DNA from: an uncultured Acidobacteriota bacterium
GTDB lineage: Bacteria > Acidobacteriota > Blastocatellia > RBC074
Assembly: GCA_963796275.1 (NCBI GenBank)
Contig: CAWCKY010000003.1
Coordinates: 1,376,001 to 1,440,000 of the forward strand
Direction of reading: 5' to 3'
DNA length: 64,000 bases
Part shown: positions 39,386 to 50,257 of the stretch, piece by piece
Layout of the letters: each line of letters starts with the position of its first letter
Numbering within the stretch: position 1 is the first letter of the stretch
Made by a program: the position numbers and the translations under genes
Notes under the pieces: model-generated
The model's database searches: none
The model's input: only the letters and a program-made list of their open reading frames with translations
Told to the model about the DNA's origin: nothing

Positions 39386-41653
39386 ATGTTCAAAGAAAAA
39401 CTTCCCCTGATTGGCGGATTATTATCCCTATTACTTTTGGTCGGTACAATTACGGTAATCGTCTCGGCTTTCGTTCGATTGCGTGGGAAGCAGCCACTGC
39501 CAAAGCCACGCGAGGTCAACAAATTGAAGACCAACGTGCAGTCGGTGGTCGAAGGGTCCGAGTATGTAGAGACTAAAAGTGGGCGCAAGATATTTCGTCT
39601 ACTTTTCGCCAAAAATACGCAGTACGAAGATGGGCGGAACGAGCTTGAAAAGGTCGATCTGGTGGCATTCGATGACAAGCCCGGGAAGAACGTACAAATT
39701 ATCTCAGACAGGGGTACATATCTGCGCGAGCAGGGCATTTTGACATTTGCCGGCAATGTCAAGGTGACGAGCAGCGATGGGCTGGAGGTTACGACCGAGG
39801 CGCTGAAATTTGAACAGGCGGCCGAGGTAGCGAGCACCGATGTAGCGATCCAGTTCCGTCAGGGAGAGATCAGCGGTTCTGCTATCGGCGCCCAGCTTCA
39901 CACCAAAACACGCGTCATGACTCTCCTGAGCGATGCCCGCGTCATCAACACCAATTCCGATTTCAACAAACCGAATCCGGCGAAAAAGAGCGAGCCGCCG
40001 GTCGAGATACGCAGTGACAGGGCGAACTATTCCGAACTCGAAGGCTTGGTCCGTTTTGAGGGCAATGCCCGGGCGGTGAGCGGCGAGAAATATGCGCAGG
40101 CGGATATCATCACCGGCGTGATCAACAAAGACGCGGCAAACCCGCAGACGAAAAAACTGACTCGCATAGAATTTCGCGGCAACTCCTATTTGAAGTCGGA
40201 GGAGGCGGGTAAGACTTCGGAAATGAAGTCTCGCGACATGGATTTTTTCTTCGACGATAAGCAGCAGATCAAATCCGCTGTCGGCACAGGCGCTGCCTAT
40301 GCCCGATCGCTCGAGAAAGATTCACCGCGCGAGGTGACAGCCGAGAGGATCGAGGTGATCTACAAGCCGGCTGAACATGGAAGCGTCATACAGGAAATAA
40401 TCACGCAGGGGCGAACGAAGATGAAGATAGATGTCGCCGATGCGAAGGAAGTATCGGAACGAGTGATCGAGGCCGATGCGGTGCGGGCCTTTTTCCGTGA
40501 AGACGGCAAAAACTTTGCGCGCGCCGAAGCGAATGGAGATGCGGTTCTGACCATCACGCCCAAAAAGATCACCCCGGTGGCGGAAAGAAAGAACCTGCGC
40601 GCCGCGCGGTTCAACACGGTATTCCATGAGACCGGAAATACGATCAAGACATTCATCGCAGATGGCAAAGCAGTCGCCCATATCGAACCGATGCAAAATG
40701 ATAGCAAGCGGACGAAGAAGAGTCTGAGCGGCAATAGACTGACGGGAAATTTCGACCCGCAGACGCAGGACATCTCCGAGTTCTACGCCGAGGGCGGCGC
40801 GAAGTTCAACGACGGCGAGCGCAACGGGAGCTCGGTCCGGGCCACTTACAAGGCTTCGACTCAACTCGTCGAAATGCGCGGGAAACCGTTGCTCTGGGAT
40901 TCATCGGCGCGCGCAAATGCGGACGAGATCGACGCCAATGTCGAAACGGACGAGAGCTTCCTCCGCGGGCGGGTGCGCACGATCTATTACGATCGCGAGA
41001 CCACCGACAAATCGACTCCCTTCAAAGACAGGAAGTCTCCGGTGACGATCGTGGCGGATCGCGCAGTCACCAAACATAAAGAGGGGGCGGCCAGATATTT
41101 CGGCAATGTACGGGCGTGGCAGGAGGATGATTTCGTGCGTGCGGATAACCTGGAGCTCGACAAAGGTGAGCGGATGATGGTGGCGTGGGGAAATGCGCAG
41201 TCGGGCTTCTACGACTTCGAGCGCGAGGTCGAAAAGGGGCATAAAGAGATCGTGCCGGCCTTCGCCAAGGCGGACCGGATCACATACCGCGATGAGACGC
41301 GGACCGCGCATTACGAGGGATCGGTGAAAATCCGCCAGGGGACCGACCAAATCGATGCGGCTGTCGCGGATGTCGTGATGGATGAAGATAACAAACTCGT
41401 GAGCTGGACTGCTTCCACCGATGTCGTAATGACGCAACCATCTCGCCGTGCATCGGGCGATAACATCGTTTACACGGCGGCGACAGATACCGCAGTGCTC
41501 ACCGGTATCCCCGCTGTAGTAGTAGATAACGATCGTGAAGCGGTTACAAAAAGCTCAAAATTGACAATGCATCTTCGCGATGCTAGGATCGAATCCAAGA
41601 ATGAAAGCGGCATGCATAAACGTGTGAGAACTACGCACCGCATCCAGAAATAG
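39386..41653 (+). CDS. lptC: Fused LptC-LptA (OstA-repeat) LPS transport protein
   Basis: N-terminal TM helix, many beta-jellyroll repeats (FAGNVKV, FEGNARA, YFGNVRAWQ, YEGSVKIRQG); directly upstream of lptB. Confidence 0.8.
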   Translation: MFKEKLPLIGGLLSLLLLVGTITVIVSAFVRLRGKQPLPKPREVNKLKTNVQSVVEGSEYVETKSGRKIFRLLFAKNTQYEDGRNELEKVDLVAFDDKPGKNVQIISDRGTYLREQGILTFAGNVKVTSSDGLEVTTEALKFEQAAEVASTDVAIQFRQGEISGSAIGAQLHTKTRVMTLLSDARVINTNSDFNKPNPAKKSEPPVEIRSDRANYSELEGLVRFEGNARAVSGEKYAQADIITGVINKDAANPQTKKLTRIEFRGNSYLKSEEAGKTSEMKSRDMDFFFDDKQQIKSAVGTGAAYARSLEKDSPREVTAERIEVIYKPAEHGSVIQEIITQGRTKMKIDVADAKEVSERVIEADAVRAFFREDGKNFARAEANGDAVLTITPKKITPVAERKNLRAARFNTVFHETGNTIKTFIADGKAVAHIEPMQNDSKRTKKSLSGNRLTGNFDPQTQDISEFYAEGGAKFNDGERNGSSVRATYKASTQLVEMRGKPLLWDSSARANADEIDANVETDESFLRGRVRTIYYDRETTDKSTPFKDRKSPVTIVADRAVTKHKEGAARYFGNVRAWQEDDFVRADNLELDKGERMMVAWGNAQSGFYDFEREVEKGHKEIVPAFAKADRITYRDETRTAHYEGSVKIRQGTDQIDAAVADVVMDEDNKLVSWTASTDVVMTQPSRRASGDNIVYTAATDTAVLTGIPAVVVDNDREAVTKSSKLTMHLRDARIESKNESGMHKRVRTTHRIQK

Positions 41654-41697
41654 ACCGCTGGTAGTGTCAAACTGCAATCCGAAGGAGGCAAGTTGGT

Positions 41698-42483
41698 ATG
41701 GTGAGCGAAATGCTTGAGCGTGAAAGCGCTGAGCTGGTCATCAGCCAGACCGGAACAAGCATCGGGGCACTGCGAGCGGAAAACCTCTTGAAGTCTTATC
41801 GACGGCGTTGTGTAGTCAATAAGGTTTCAATAACTGTCAATCCATGCGAGATCGTAGGATTGCTTGGCCCGAATGGAGCAGGGAAGACCACGACATTTTT
41901 TATGGTCGTCGGTCTTGAGGAGCCTGATGAAGGCAGTGTTTGGTTAGGCGATCAGAATATTACGAAGCTGCCTCTCTATAGGCGCGCGCGGCTGGGGATA
42001 AGCTATCTGCCGCAGGAGGCATCGGTATTTCGTAAGTTGACGGTAGAACAGAATCTAATGGCTATTCTGGAGACGCTCAAAATGACGAGCGATGAGCGAC
42101 ACGAGCGGCTTGAGGAATTGATCGAAGAGTTTCGTTTGAGCCACGTCCGAAAGAACAAAGGCTACGCGCTATCTGGCGGTGAGCGACGTCGGACGGAGAT
42201 CGCGCGAATGCTGACTCTGAAACCGAATTACATTCTCCTCGATGAACCGTTCGCCGGGATCGATCCCATAGCGATCGATGATATTCAACATATCATAGCG
42301 CGGTTGCGCGATCGGGGGATCGGGATTTTGATCACGGACCACAACGTGCGCGAGGCATTGGAGATAACCGATCGCGCCTACATCATAAGTGAAGGCCAGC
42401 TTTTCCGGTCCGGAACGCCTCTTGAGTTGACTGACGATCCGGAAGTTCGTAGGGTTTATCTGGGAGAGAAATTTAGAATGTGA
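41698..42483 (+). CDS. lptB: LPS export ABC transporter ATPase
   Basis: [42 protein letters not shown] and YLGEKF. Confidence 0.97.
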   Translation: MVSEMLERESAELVISQTGTSIGALRAENLLKSYRRRCVVNKVSITVNPCEIVGLLGPNGAGKTTTFFMVVGLEEPDEGSVWLGDQNITKLPLYRRARLGISYLPQEASVFRKLTVEQNLMAILETLKMTSDERHERLEELIEEFRLSHVRKNKGYALSGGERRRTEIARMLTLKPNYILLDEPFAGIDPIAIDDIQHIIARLRDRGIGILITDHNVREALEITDRAYIISEGQLFRSGTPLELTDDPEVRRVYLGEKFRM

Positions 42484-42615
42484 ATTGATATGGGTAATTG
42501 GTAGTAGATAGATAGTAATAGATAGATAATTGATAATTGAAGATGGTTGAATAGTTGCAAACATACGGCAAACATCAAGCTCCGGCCATTATCAGTTATC
42601 TATTGGCAGTTACCT
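42481..42615. repeat. Degenerate inverted heptamer repeats
   Basis: gataattgataattga ... cattatcagttatctattggcagttacc. Confidence 0.6.
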
Positions 42616-42625
42616 TTTGGAGTTT

Positions 42626-44197
42626 ATGTCTTTTAAACCGACACTCACCACTCAACTATCGCAGCGTCTGGTACTGACGCCGCAGTTGCGCCAGCGGATT
42701 GAGATGTTGCAGATGACCAAGCTCGAATTGGGCGAACTGGTTACGCAACAGCTCGGTGAGAATCCCGTGCTGGAAGAGCTACCGCCTGAGGAGGTGGCGG
42801 TTTCCCCTGATCTTGCCAACGTCGACTTTCCCGAAACATCCAGTAATCTCATCAATGGCTCGGCCGAGGTCCCTGAAACCCAGTTGACGAGTGTCGAGCC
42901 CGGCTCCACTTATGAACAGAATATGGGGGAGTTTACGCAGGTTCCGGGTGAAGGGACTCGCGAGAGCGAAACCGTCGAGTCTCGTGAACCCGAGATCGGC
43001 GAACGCGATTCCTTCGAGGAGATCGATTTCGGCAGTACCTTTGAAGAATATCTCGATCCCGGCTATAGGACGCGCGAGACGGAGGTCAAGGACACACCTT
43101 CATTCGAGCAATTTCTCTCATCCGAGCAAAGCCTGGCCGATTATCTCAACTGGCAATTACAGTTGACGGTGACAACTCCCGAAGTCTTTGACGCAGCGGA
43201 GGCGATCATCGGAAGCATGAACGATGATGGGTTCCTCGACGAGCCGCTCGAAGAGATCGCTGCCATCGGTCCCTGGCCGATGGAGACGGTTGAGAAGGCG
43301 CTGAAGATCGTGCAGCAGTTCGACCCGGCGGGCATCGGGGGGCGCGATCTGCAGGAATGTCTGTTATTGCAATTGATACATCACGGTTATGGCGACAGGC
43401 TGGCCGCCCGGATCATCCGCGATTATCCAGTCTCGAAGCTGCAAAACCATAAATTGCCGGAACTGGCTAAAGAGCTGGGGGTTAGCGTCGAGCAGCTGGC
43501 TCAGGAGTTGAAATTGATCCGCCAGCTCGAGCCTCATCCCGGCCGCAAGTTTGCGCCGCGGGATGCGCAGTATATCGAACCCGAGGTTTACATCGAGAAG
43601 ATCGAAGATGAGTATGTCATCCGATTCAATGACGATGGGCTACCGCAACTGCGCATCAACAAGCAGTATCGCCAGATGATGGAGAATAAAGAGACGTCGA
43701 AAGAGACGCGCGATTACATCAAGGACAAGTTCCGCTCGGCCGTAGACCTGCTCAAAAACATCGAGCATCGCAAGCAGACGATATACAAAGTATGTGAACG
43801 GATTGTGGAGCGCCAGCGCGATTTCCTCGACAAAGGAGTTGAATTTCTCAAGCCGATGATGCTTAAAGACATCTCGGAAGACATCGGCATGCACCTTTCG
43901 ACTGTCTCGCGCGTAGTCAACGGCAAGTATGCGCACACGCCTCAAGGCGTGATCGAGTTGCGGCGCTTTTTCACCGAGGGGATGGTCAATGATGATGGCG
44001 AGGAGGTATCGACCCGCATCATCAAGCTCAAGATAAAAAAGATGATAGAAGCCGAAGACCCGCGCGAACCGTTGACCGACGACCTGATCGCCGCGCGTCT
44101 GGCTCAGGAAGGGCAAAAGCTTTCTCGGCGCACCGTCGCCAAGTACCGCGACCAGATGAAGATTCCCGGATCGCGCGAACGGCGTCAGGTAGTTTGA
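42626..44197 (+). CDS. rpoN: RNA polymerase sigma-54 factor
   Basis: [28 protein letters not shown] and the RpoN box SRRTVAKYR. Confidence 0.97.
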   Translation: MSFKPTLTTQLSQRLVLTPQLRQRIEMLQMTKLELGELVTQQLGENPVLEELPPEEVAVSPDLANVDFPETSSNLINGSAEVPETQLTSVEPGSTYEQNMGEFTQVPGEGTRESETVESREPEIGERDSFEEIDFGSTFEEYLDPGYRTRETEVKDTPSFEQFLSSEQSLADYLNWQLQLTVTTPEVFDAAEAIIGSMNDDGFLDEPLEEIAAIGPWPMETVEKALKIVQQFDPAGIGGRDLQECLLLQLIHHGYGDRLAARIIRDYPVSKLQNHKLPELAKELGVSVEQLAQELKLIRQLEPHPGRKFAPRDAQYIEPEVYIEKIEDEYVIRFNDDGLPQLRINKQYRQMMENKETSKETRDYIKDKFRSAVDLLKNIEHRKQTIYKVCERIVERQRDFLDKGVEFLKPMMLKDISEDIGMHLSTVSRVVNGKYAHTPQGVIELRRFFTEGMVNDDGEEVSTRIIKLKIKKMIEAEDPREPLTDDLIAARLAQEGQKLSRRTVAKYRDQMKIPGSRERRQVV

Positions 44198-44519
44198 TTT
44201 AAGGATTAAGGATGTTGATTGCGGTTGGCGGATTTTGAAGTTGTCGGGGCTACAGAAAAATCCGCGGACCGAAGTTGTCAGCGCGACATTGGGCGAAGAC
44301 GCAACCGCGGATTTTCACTGATGAGACGGATCATCCCGAAGTGCAAACCGTGATTGCTCCGGTTCCATCTCGTATCTGATTAATTCAGAACCACGCAACA
44401 CTTTATTATGCGTTGCTTCCCACCCCACCTCATCGCTCAACCATTCATAGGGTCTGCCCGTCTGTCAGCCCCGCATGATGGGCAAAATGTTCAACGTTCT
44501 AACGATAAGGAGCCTCGGG

Positions 44520-45053
44520 ATGAAAATAGAATTCACAGGACGGAACTTCAACATTTCTCCAGCCATCAAAAAGCATGTGACAGAACATTTCAAGAAGATC
44601 GTGACGGTGCTCAACGGTGCGTCCAGGGCGCATGTAATATTGAGCATCGAAAAGCATCATCGCCACGTGGCGGAAATAGTAGTGAACTGGAATGAGCATG
44701 CGCTGACGAGCAAAGCTGATTCTAACGATATGTATGCATCAGCCTTACAGGCGATCGACAAACTGCGCCGGCAGGCGGTCAAGGTCAAAGGCAAGATAAT
44801 CGATCGGAAACATCATGCGCCATCCGCCAGCGCTGTCGCACCGAGCCCGATCCCGCCGGTTCAACCCGCCGCCCCTGACCCTCGGATTATCCGTTCAAGT
44901 CGATACTCCGTGAAACCCATGACGCCGGAAGAGGCGATACTTCAGGTCGAAGAGGCCTCGGAGCAGTTCCTCGTCTTCCGCGACGCCGAAACCGAGCGCG
45001 TCGGTGTCATCTACAAACGGAAAGACGGCAATTACGGTTTAATTGAACCTTAG
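44520..45053 (+). CDS. hpf: Ribosome hibernation promoting factor (long form)
   Basis: [23 protein letters not shown] and [15 protein letters not shown]. Confidence 0.95.
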   Translation: MKIEFTGRNFNISPAIKKHVTEHFKKIVTVLNGASRAHVILSIEKHHRHVAEIVVNWNEHALTSKADSNDMYASALQAIDKLRRQAVKVKGKIIDRKHHAPSASAVAPSPIPPVQPAAPDPRIIRSSRYSVKPMTPEEAILQVEEASEQFLVFRDAETERVGVIYKRKDGNYGLIEP

Positions 45054-45057
45054 GTAT

Positions 45058-45918
45058 ATGGTTCCACAACTCATCATCATAACGGGTCTCAGCGGATCCG
45101 GAATGTCTTCAGCGATGAATGTCTTTGAAGACATGGGTTATTTCTGCGTTGATAATCTGCCGGTGCAACTGATCAATAGTTTCGTGCACCTCTTCGAAAT
45201 GAAGGAGTCGGGGATTACGCGCGCGGCGCTCAGCGTCAACGTTCGGGAAGGGGATTTTCTCAATACTTTTCCGCAGGTTTATACGCAGCTCCGCGAGCGC
45301 TCCGATCTGGAGACGACTGTCATATTTATGGAGGGGCGGGACGCGGTTTTGCACCGCCGCTACAGCGAGACGCGGCGGCCTCATCCGCTGGGCGAGGGGA
45401 GCGTTCTTGAAGCGATCACTGAGGAGCGTAAAATGCTGGAGCCGATCAGAGCTCTGGTCGATGTGGTGATCGATACATCCGATCACACAGTTCATACGCT
45501 GCGCTCCTGGCTCAAAAATCGTTTCGCGCCCGAGAGCGCGGAGACGAAAACTGAAATCAGCGTGGTGAGTTTCGGCTTCAAATTCGGGGTGCCGCTCGAC
45601 GTGGATCTGCTGTTCGATGTTCGCTTCCTTCCGAATCCGCACTTCGTGCCGGAATTGAAAGGTTATACCGGAAACGATCAGCAAGTCGTCGAATATCTGA
45701 ATAAGAGCCCTGAGGTCGACGAGACGATCGGCCGCTTCAACGATCTGCTCGATTACCTCATGCCTCTTTATCAGCGCGAAGGTAAAAGTTATGTCACCGT
45801 CGGCGTCGGTTGTACGGGCGGTAAGCATCGCTCAGTCGCTGTAGCCAATGCCCTCGGCAAACATCTCAATCGCGAGGGCTATCACGCCCGCGTGATTCAT
45901 CGGGATGTGAAGAAATAA
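45058..45918 (+). CDS. rapZ: RapZ/YvcJ family protein
   Basis: TGLSGSG, CVDNLP, ETRRPHP, SFGFKFG, DVRFLPNP and GCTGGKHRSV. Confidence 0.95.
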   Translation: MVPQLIIITGLSGSGMSSAMNVFEDMGYFCVDNLPVQLINSFVHLFEMKESGITRAALSVNVREGDFLNTFPQVYTQLRERSDLETTVIFMEGRDAVLHRRYSETRRPHPLGEGSVLEAITEERKMLEPIRALVDVVIDTSDHTVHTLRSWLKNRFAPESAETKTEISVVSFGFKFGVPLDVDLLFDVRFLPNPHFVPELKGYTGNDQQVVEYLNKSPEVDETIGRFNDLLDYLMPLYQREGKSYVTVGVGCTGGKHRSVAVANALGKHLNREGYHARVIHRDVKK

Positions 45919-46004
45919 GTTTTCAGTTTTTAGTTTTCAGTTCGCTTGAACCTTGATGCCACAGCTCAAGCGAACGGAAAACTGAAAACTGAAAACTGAA
46001 AACT
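45918..46004. repeat. AGTTTTC-family palindrome inside the rpoN operon
   Basis: agttttcagtttttagttttcagttcgcttga ... tcaagcgaacggaaaactgaaaactgaaaactgaaaact. Confidence 0.88.
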
Positions 46005-46014
46005 TTGAGGTTTT

Positions 46015-46431
46015 ATGCCATTAGTAGGAGGCGTAGTAGTCACGCATGGGAATCTTGCGGCTGAGCTGTTAAGTGCCGCCGAAACGATAATCAACGAGGA
46101 CATTCGTCATATCACTGCTGTAACGATTGGTTGGCACGACAATATCGATGTGGCGCGCGAACAGATCAGCAAGGCTATTGAGCGCGTCGAGCAGGGAGCC
46201 GGAGTGCTTGTCTTGACCGATATGTTTGGCGGAACGCCGACGAACATCGCATGTACTTTTTTAGGTAATACACCGATAGAGGTAGTAACCGGAGTCAACC
46301 TGCCAATGATCATCAAACTCGCCGACCAACAGCCGGAAGAGCCGTTGCCGGTGATCGCGCGCCGCGTTCGCGATCAGGGGCAAAAGAACATCTATCTGGC
46401 GAGCGAAGTGCTATCACCGGGAAAGCAGTGA
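46015..46431 (+). CDS. PTS EIIA, mannose/fructose type
   Basis: VVTHG, LTDMFGGTP and GVNLPM. Confidence 0.93.
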   Translation: MPLVGGVVVTHGNLAAELLSAAETIINEDIRHITAVTIGWHDNIDVAREQISKAIERVEQGAGVLVLTDMFGGTPTNIACTFLGNTPIEVVTGVNLPMIIKLADQQPEEPLPVIARRVRDQGQKNIYLASEVLSPGKQ

Positions 46432-46446
46432 AACCACAAGAGAAGG

Positions 46447-46722
46447 ATGCAGCAGCGGAGATTGGTAATCAGTAACAGACTGGGAATGCACGCGCGCGCG
46501 GCCGCGCGTCTGGTCCGGCTTGCTAACAGGTTTCGCAGCGACATTCAGCTGGCTCGCTCTGACGCGCTTCATAGAACGATGAATGCGAAGAGTATCTTCT
46601 CGGTATTGCTGCTGGCCGCAACACAGGGGACGACGATCGATATCATCGTCGATGGCCCGGATGAGATCGAGGCGATGGAATCATTATGTCGGTTGATTGA
46701 AGAGCGGTTCGGAGAGGGGTGA
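46447..46722 (+). CDS. ptsH: Phosphocarrier HPr
   Basis: GMHARAA (His15), NAKSI (Ser46) and GPDE. Confidence 0.95.
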   Translation: MQQRRLVISNRLGMHARAAARLVRLANRFRSDIQLARSDALHRTMNAKSIFSVLLLAATQGTTIDIIVDGPDEIEAMESLCRLIEERFGEG

Positions 46723-48566
46723 TAGGAAAAAATAGATCATACAGGGCAAAGCGAAAAATGCGCACCCCGGCGAGAAAAATACAAGAAGAGAGACTGGAAG
46801 GTATCGGCGCCTGTCAGGGCGTAGCGATCGGCCCCGCATTTCTGGTCGACGATCCGCGCGGGCGGATAGTACGCGTCTTTTTGCCTTCCGAACAAATCGA
46901 GGGCGAGGTCGCTCGTTTCAGAGATGCCGTCCGAATTGCGCAGCAGCAGATTCAGGAAGCGACCGAGCGGCTGCGCGCAGCTATGGGTCCGGAACGCGCA
47001 TACATCCTCGAAGCGCATCTGCTGATGCTGCAAGACCGCAGCATCGGGGAGCAGGTCGAAAATTTCATTAGAGAAAATCAGGCTAACGCTGAATGGGCCG
47101 TTCGCGATGTGACGGTTCAACTTCTCAGAGTCTACGCGCAGATCACCGACGACTACCTGCGAGAACGCGGGAGCGACATTGCCGATGTCTCACATCGGCT
47201 TATCAAAATTCTTTCGGGAACTAAGACGCGCGATCTCAATGAACTGGCGGAGGGAGCGATCATCGTAGCCGATGATCTTTTGCCGTCTGTGGCGGCCGAC
47301 CTCGATCCCCGGCGCGTAATCGGTTTTGTCACCAACGTCGGGGGATGGACATCGCATACATCTATCATCGCCCGCAGCTTGAACATCCCGGCCGTGGTCG
47401 GGGCTCGTCATATCAGTTCGCGGGTGCGGTCTGGTGAATCGATCATCATCGACGGCGCCACCGGGACAGTCATCCTCAATCCATCTCCCGAAACCTACCG
47501 TTTTTATACCGAGCAGCGCGAGCGCCAGCAGCAACAACAGCTTCACGATATCGAAGAACGCGAACTGCCGGCGGTGACCCATGACGGTCATGAAGTGACG
47601 CTGCGCGCCAACATCGAATTGATAGAAGAGATCGACGTCCTCCAACGATTCAATGCCGCGGGAATCGGACTTTACCGCTCGGAATTCCTTTATTCGCAGG
47701 CCGCGGTGGGATTGCCGACCGAGCAGGAGCAATACGAAGCATACAAATTTCTGGCCGAAATGAGCGGTAAGGATGGCGCCGTCATCCGGACATTCGATCT
47801 CGGCGGCGACAAGTTAAATTTGGAGGGTTACAAACCTGAGCGTAATCCGGCCCTCGGGTTGCGAGCGATTCGCCTCTCGCTTAGCGTCCAGGATGTTTTT
47901 CGCACGCAGATTCGCGCGATCCTGCGAGCCGCCAAACACTCCGATGGAAGCGTGCGCTTGAGGATACTGCTCCCGCTTATTACAAATCTTGACGAGGTCC
48001 GCGAGGCGAAATTGATAATAGCGGACGCGGAAAAAGAATTGCAGAATGAGGGCGTGCCTCACGCGGAAGATATTGAGATCGGAGTCATGGTTGAAGTGCC
48101 GGCGGCGGTGATCATGGCCCAGGCACTGGCGCGCGAGGCTGATTTCTTCAGTTTGGGAACTAACGATCTGACTCAGAGTCTGCTCGCCGTCGATCGCGGA
48201 AACGAGAATGTCAGCGCTCTTTTCGATCCTATGCATCCGGCGGTCCTGCGGGCGATCAAATACGTCGCGGATGCGGCCGGACGGATGCAGATACCAATCA
48301 ATGTTTGCGGAGAGATGGCATCGAATCCTGCCCAGGTGATTTTGCTGCTCGGGTTGGGATTAACGGACCTCAGTATGACTCCGAGCGCGATTCCGGCGAT
48401 CAGGCGTCTGGTGAGGTCGATTAAACTCGATACCGCTCAAAACATCGCCTCACATGCGCTGGCCCTGACCACTCCGGCTGAAGTCCATCGCTATGTCCAG
48501 ACCCATCTTTCCGATCTGGGCGCTCAGTTTTTAGCTTCTACACCTTTCCCGCAGTTTATTATTTGA
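46719..48566 (+). CDS. ptsI: PEP-protein phosphotransferase (Enzyme I)
   Basis: TSHTSIIAR, GLYRSEF, NPALGLRAIR, GTNDL and CGEMA; the start may be ATG 46758. Confidence 0.95.
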   Translation: MIGKNRSYRAKRKMRTPARKIQEERLEGIGACQGVAIGPAFLVDDPRGRIVRVFLPSEQIEGEVARFRDAVRIAQQQIQEATERLRAAMGPERAYILEAHLLMLQDRSIGEQVENFIRENQANAEWAVRDVTVQLLRVYAQITDDYLRERGSDIADVSHRLIKILSGTKTRDLNELAEGAIIVADDLLPSVAADLDPRRVIGFVTNVGGWTSHTSIIARSLNIPAVVGARHISSRVRSGESIIIDGATGTVILNPSPETYRFYTEQRERQQQQQLHDIEERELPAVTHDGHEVTLRANIELIEEIDVLQRFNAAGIGLYRSEFLYSQAAVGLPTEQEQYEAYKFLAEMSGKDGAVIRTFDLGGDKLNLEGYKPERNPALGLRAIRLSLSVQDVFRTQIRAILRAAKHSDGSVRLRILLPLITNLDEVREAKLIIADAEKELQNEGVPHAEDIEIGVMVEVPAAVIMAQALAREADFFSLGTNDLTQSLLAVDRGNENVSALFDPMHPAVLRAIKYVADAAGRMQIPINVCGEMASNPAQVILLLGLGLTDLSMTPSAIPAIRRLVRSIKLDTAQNIASHALALTTPAEVHRYVQTHLSDLGAQFLASTPFPQFII

Positions 48567-48598
48567 AAAGAGGCCCGAACCCGGATTTCGGGATTACT

Positions 48599-50152
48599 TC
48601 AGCTGATCAGCTTAATCCCCTTTATCGGTTGGTTGATCTGTTGTGCCGAATGCACGCGCCATCTTTCGTCATCACGGACTGGGAAATCGGCGCGATAATG
48701 GCCGCCGCGGCTCTCCTCACGCCACAGTGCGGCATGAGTTATCAGCATCGCCAGTGTGGCAAAATTGCGTGTGCGCGTGTTCACGGCCTGGTTCGCGAGA
48801 GATGTAAGTTCAGCGAGAGCATTCTTCAGCTCTGCCTCTTCGCGGCCCAACCCAACCCATTGCCACATCAATTCCTGAACGCGATAGCGGATCTGCGGAT
48901 CGAACATCCAATCGGCAGGCGAGATTTCTACGGGCTCTGGGTCTTTTAAAGATCGCAGCGAGAGATCGCGCGTCTCTTTCAGCGCTGCCGCGCCGGCGCG
49001 CGCGCCGAAGACCAGACCTTCGAGCAATGAATTGCTCGCCAACCGGTTCGCGCCATGGACGCCGGTACAGGCCACTTCACCTGCGGCGTAAAGCCCGGCC
49101 GTCGTCGTCCTTCCTTCGGTGTCTGTTCGTACGCCGCCCATAATGTAATGGGCCGCCGGGCTCACTGGAATCTGATCCTTGGTGATATCCAGGCCGTAGC
49201 GCAGGCATGTCAGATGAATTTTGGGAAAACGTTCGCGTAAAAATTTCGCGTCGAGATGCGTGAGATCGAGATAGACCGATTGGCGAACGGTACGCCGCAT
49301 CTCCGCGGCGATCGAACGTGAGACGATATCGCGCGGCGCCAGCTCTTCACGCTCGTCATACTGCTTCATAAACGCTTCGCCCGCATCGTTGCGCAGGCGC
49401 CCGCCTTCGCCGCGCAGGGCTTCGGTCAGGAGAAATCGCGGTGCGCCGGGAGCCGCCAGCACCGTCGGATGAAACTGAACGAATTCGAGGTCGCAAACCA
49501 TCGCGCCCGCGGCATAGGCCATAGCGATGCCGTCGCCGGTCGCTATCTCCGGGTTCGTGGTCTGAGCGTAAATCTGTCCGGCGCCGCCGGCCGCCAGGAC
49601 GACGGCTTTCGCCCGCATCTCCCTGAGCAGGCTTTCATTCGGGTCGAGATATGCGACGCCCGCGAGGCGTTGATCCTCGACCAGCAACCCGAGAGTCGCC
49701 GCGTGTGCGAGAAAAGTGATGTTAGGATCTTGTTTTGCGCGAACGAGCAGCGCGCGCACGATCTCACGCCCGGTAGAATCGCCATGAGCGTGTAGAATGC
49801 GACGTCGCGAGTGGGCTGCTTCACGCGTGAATGAAAGCTCGCCGCCTTCACGATCGAACTCAGCCCCCCAATCAATCAATTCTTTGATGTAGCGCGGCCC
49901 CTCTTCGACCAGAACGTGGACCGCCCCCTCATCGCATAATCCCGCGCCGGCATTTAGCGTGTCCTCGACGTGTAGCGCGATCTCGTCGTCGTCCGACAAT
50001 GCGACCGCCACTCCACCCTGCGCATATTCGGTGTTCGACTCGTCGATCCGGTCTTTTGTCAGTACGATTACGCGACCGCCGCGCGACAGTTCCAGAGCGG
50101 CGCGCAGGCCGGCAACGCCGCTTCCGATCACGATGAAATCAGTTTTACTCAT
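48599..50152 (-). CDS. nadB: L-aspartate oxidase
   Basis: GSGVAG, AQGG, EAAHS, QFHPT, EALRGEG and GVHGANRLASNSLLE. Confidence 0.96.
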   Translation of the reverse strand: MSKTDFIVIGSGVAGLRAALELSRGGRVIVLTKDRIDESNTEYAQGGVAVALSDDDEIALHVEDTLNAGAGLCDEGAVHVLVEEGPRYIKELIDWGAEFDREGGELSFTREAAHSRRRILHAHGDSTGREIVRALLVRAKQDPNITFLAHAATLGLLVEDQRLAGVAYLDPNESLLREMRAKAVVLAAGGAGQIYAQTTNPEIATGDGIAMAYAAGAMVCDLEFVQFHPTVLAAPGAPRFLLTEALRGEGGRLRNDAGEAFMKQYDEREELAPRDIVSRSIAAEMRRTVRQSVYLDLTHLDAKFLRERFPKIHLTCLRYGLDITKDQIPVSPAAHYIMGGVRTDTEGRTTTAGLYAAGEVACTGVHGANRLASNSLLEGLVFGARAGAAALKETRDLSLRSLKDPEPVEISPADWMFDPQIRYRVQELMWQWVGLGREEAELKNALAELTSLANQAVNTRTRNFATLAMLITHAALWREESRGGHYRADFPVRDDERWRVHSAQQINQPIKGIKLIS

Positions 50153-50257
50153 ATGGTTAATTGAACGAGAAAATTCACCAAAAAAGATGCAGAAAGTACA
50201 AAGACGACTCTTCCATCATCGCGTTCATAGTTTTTTTGTGGAGAATCACAGCTCTCT

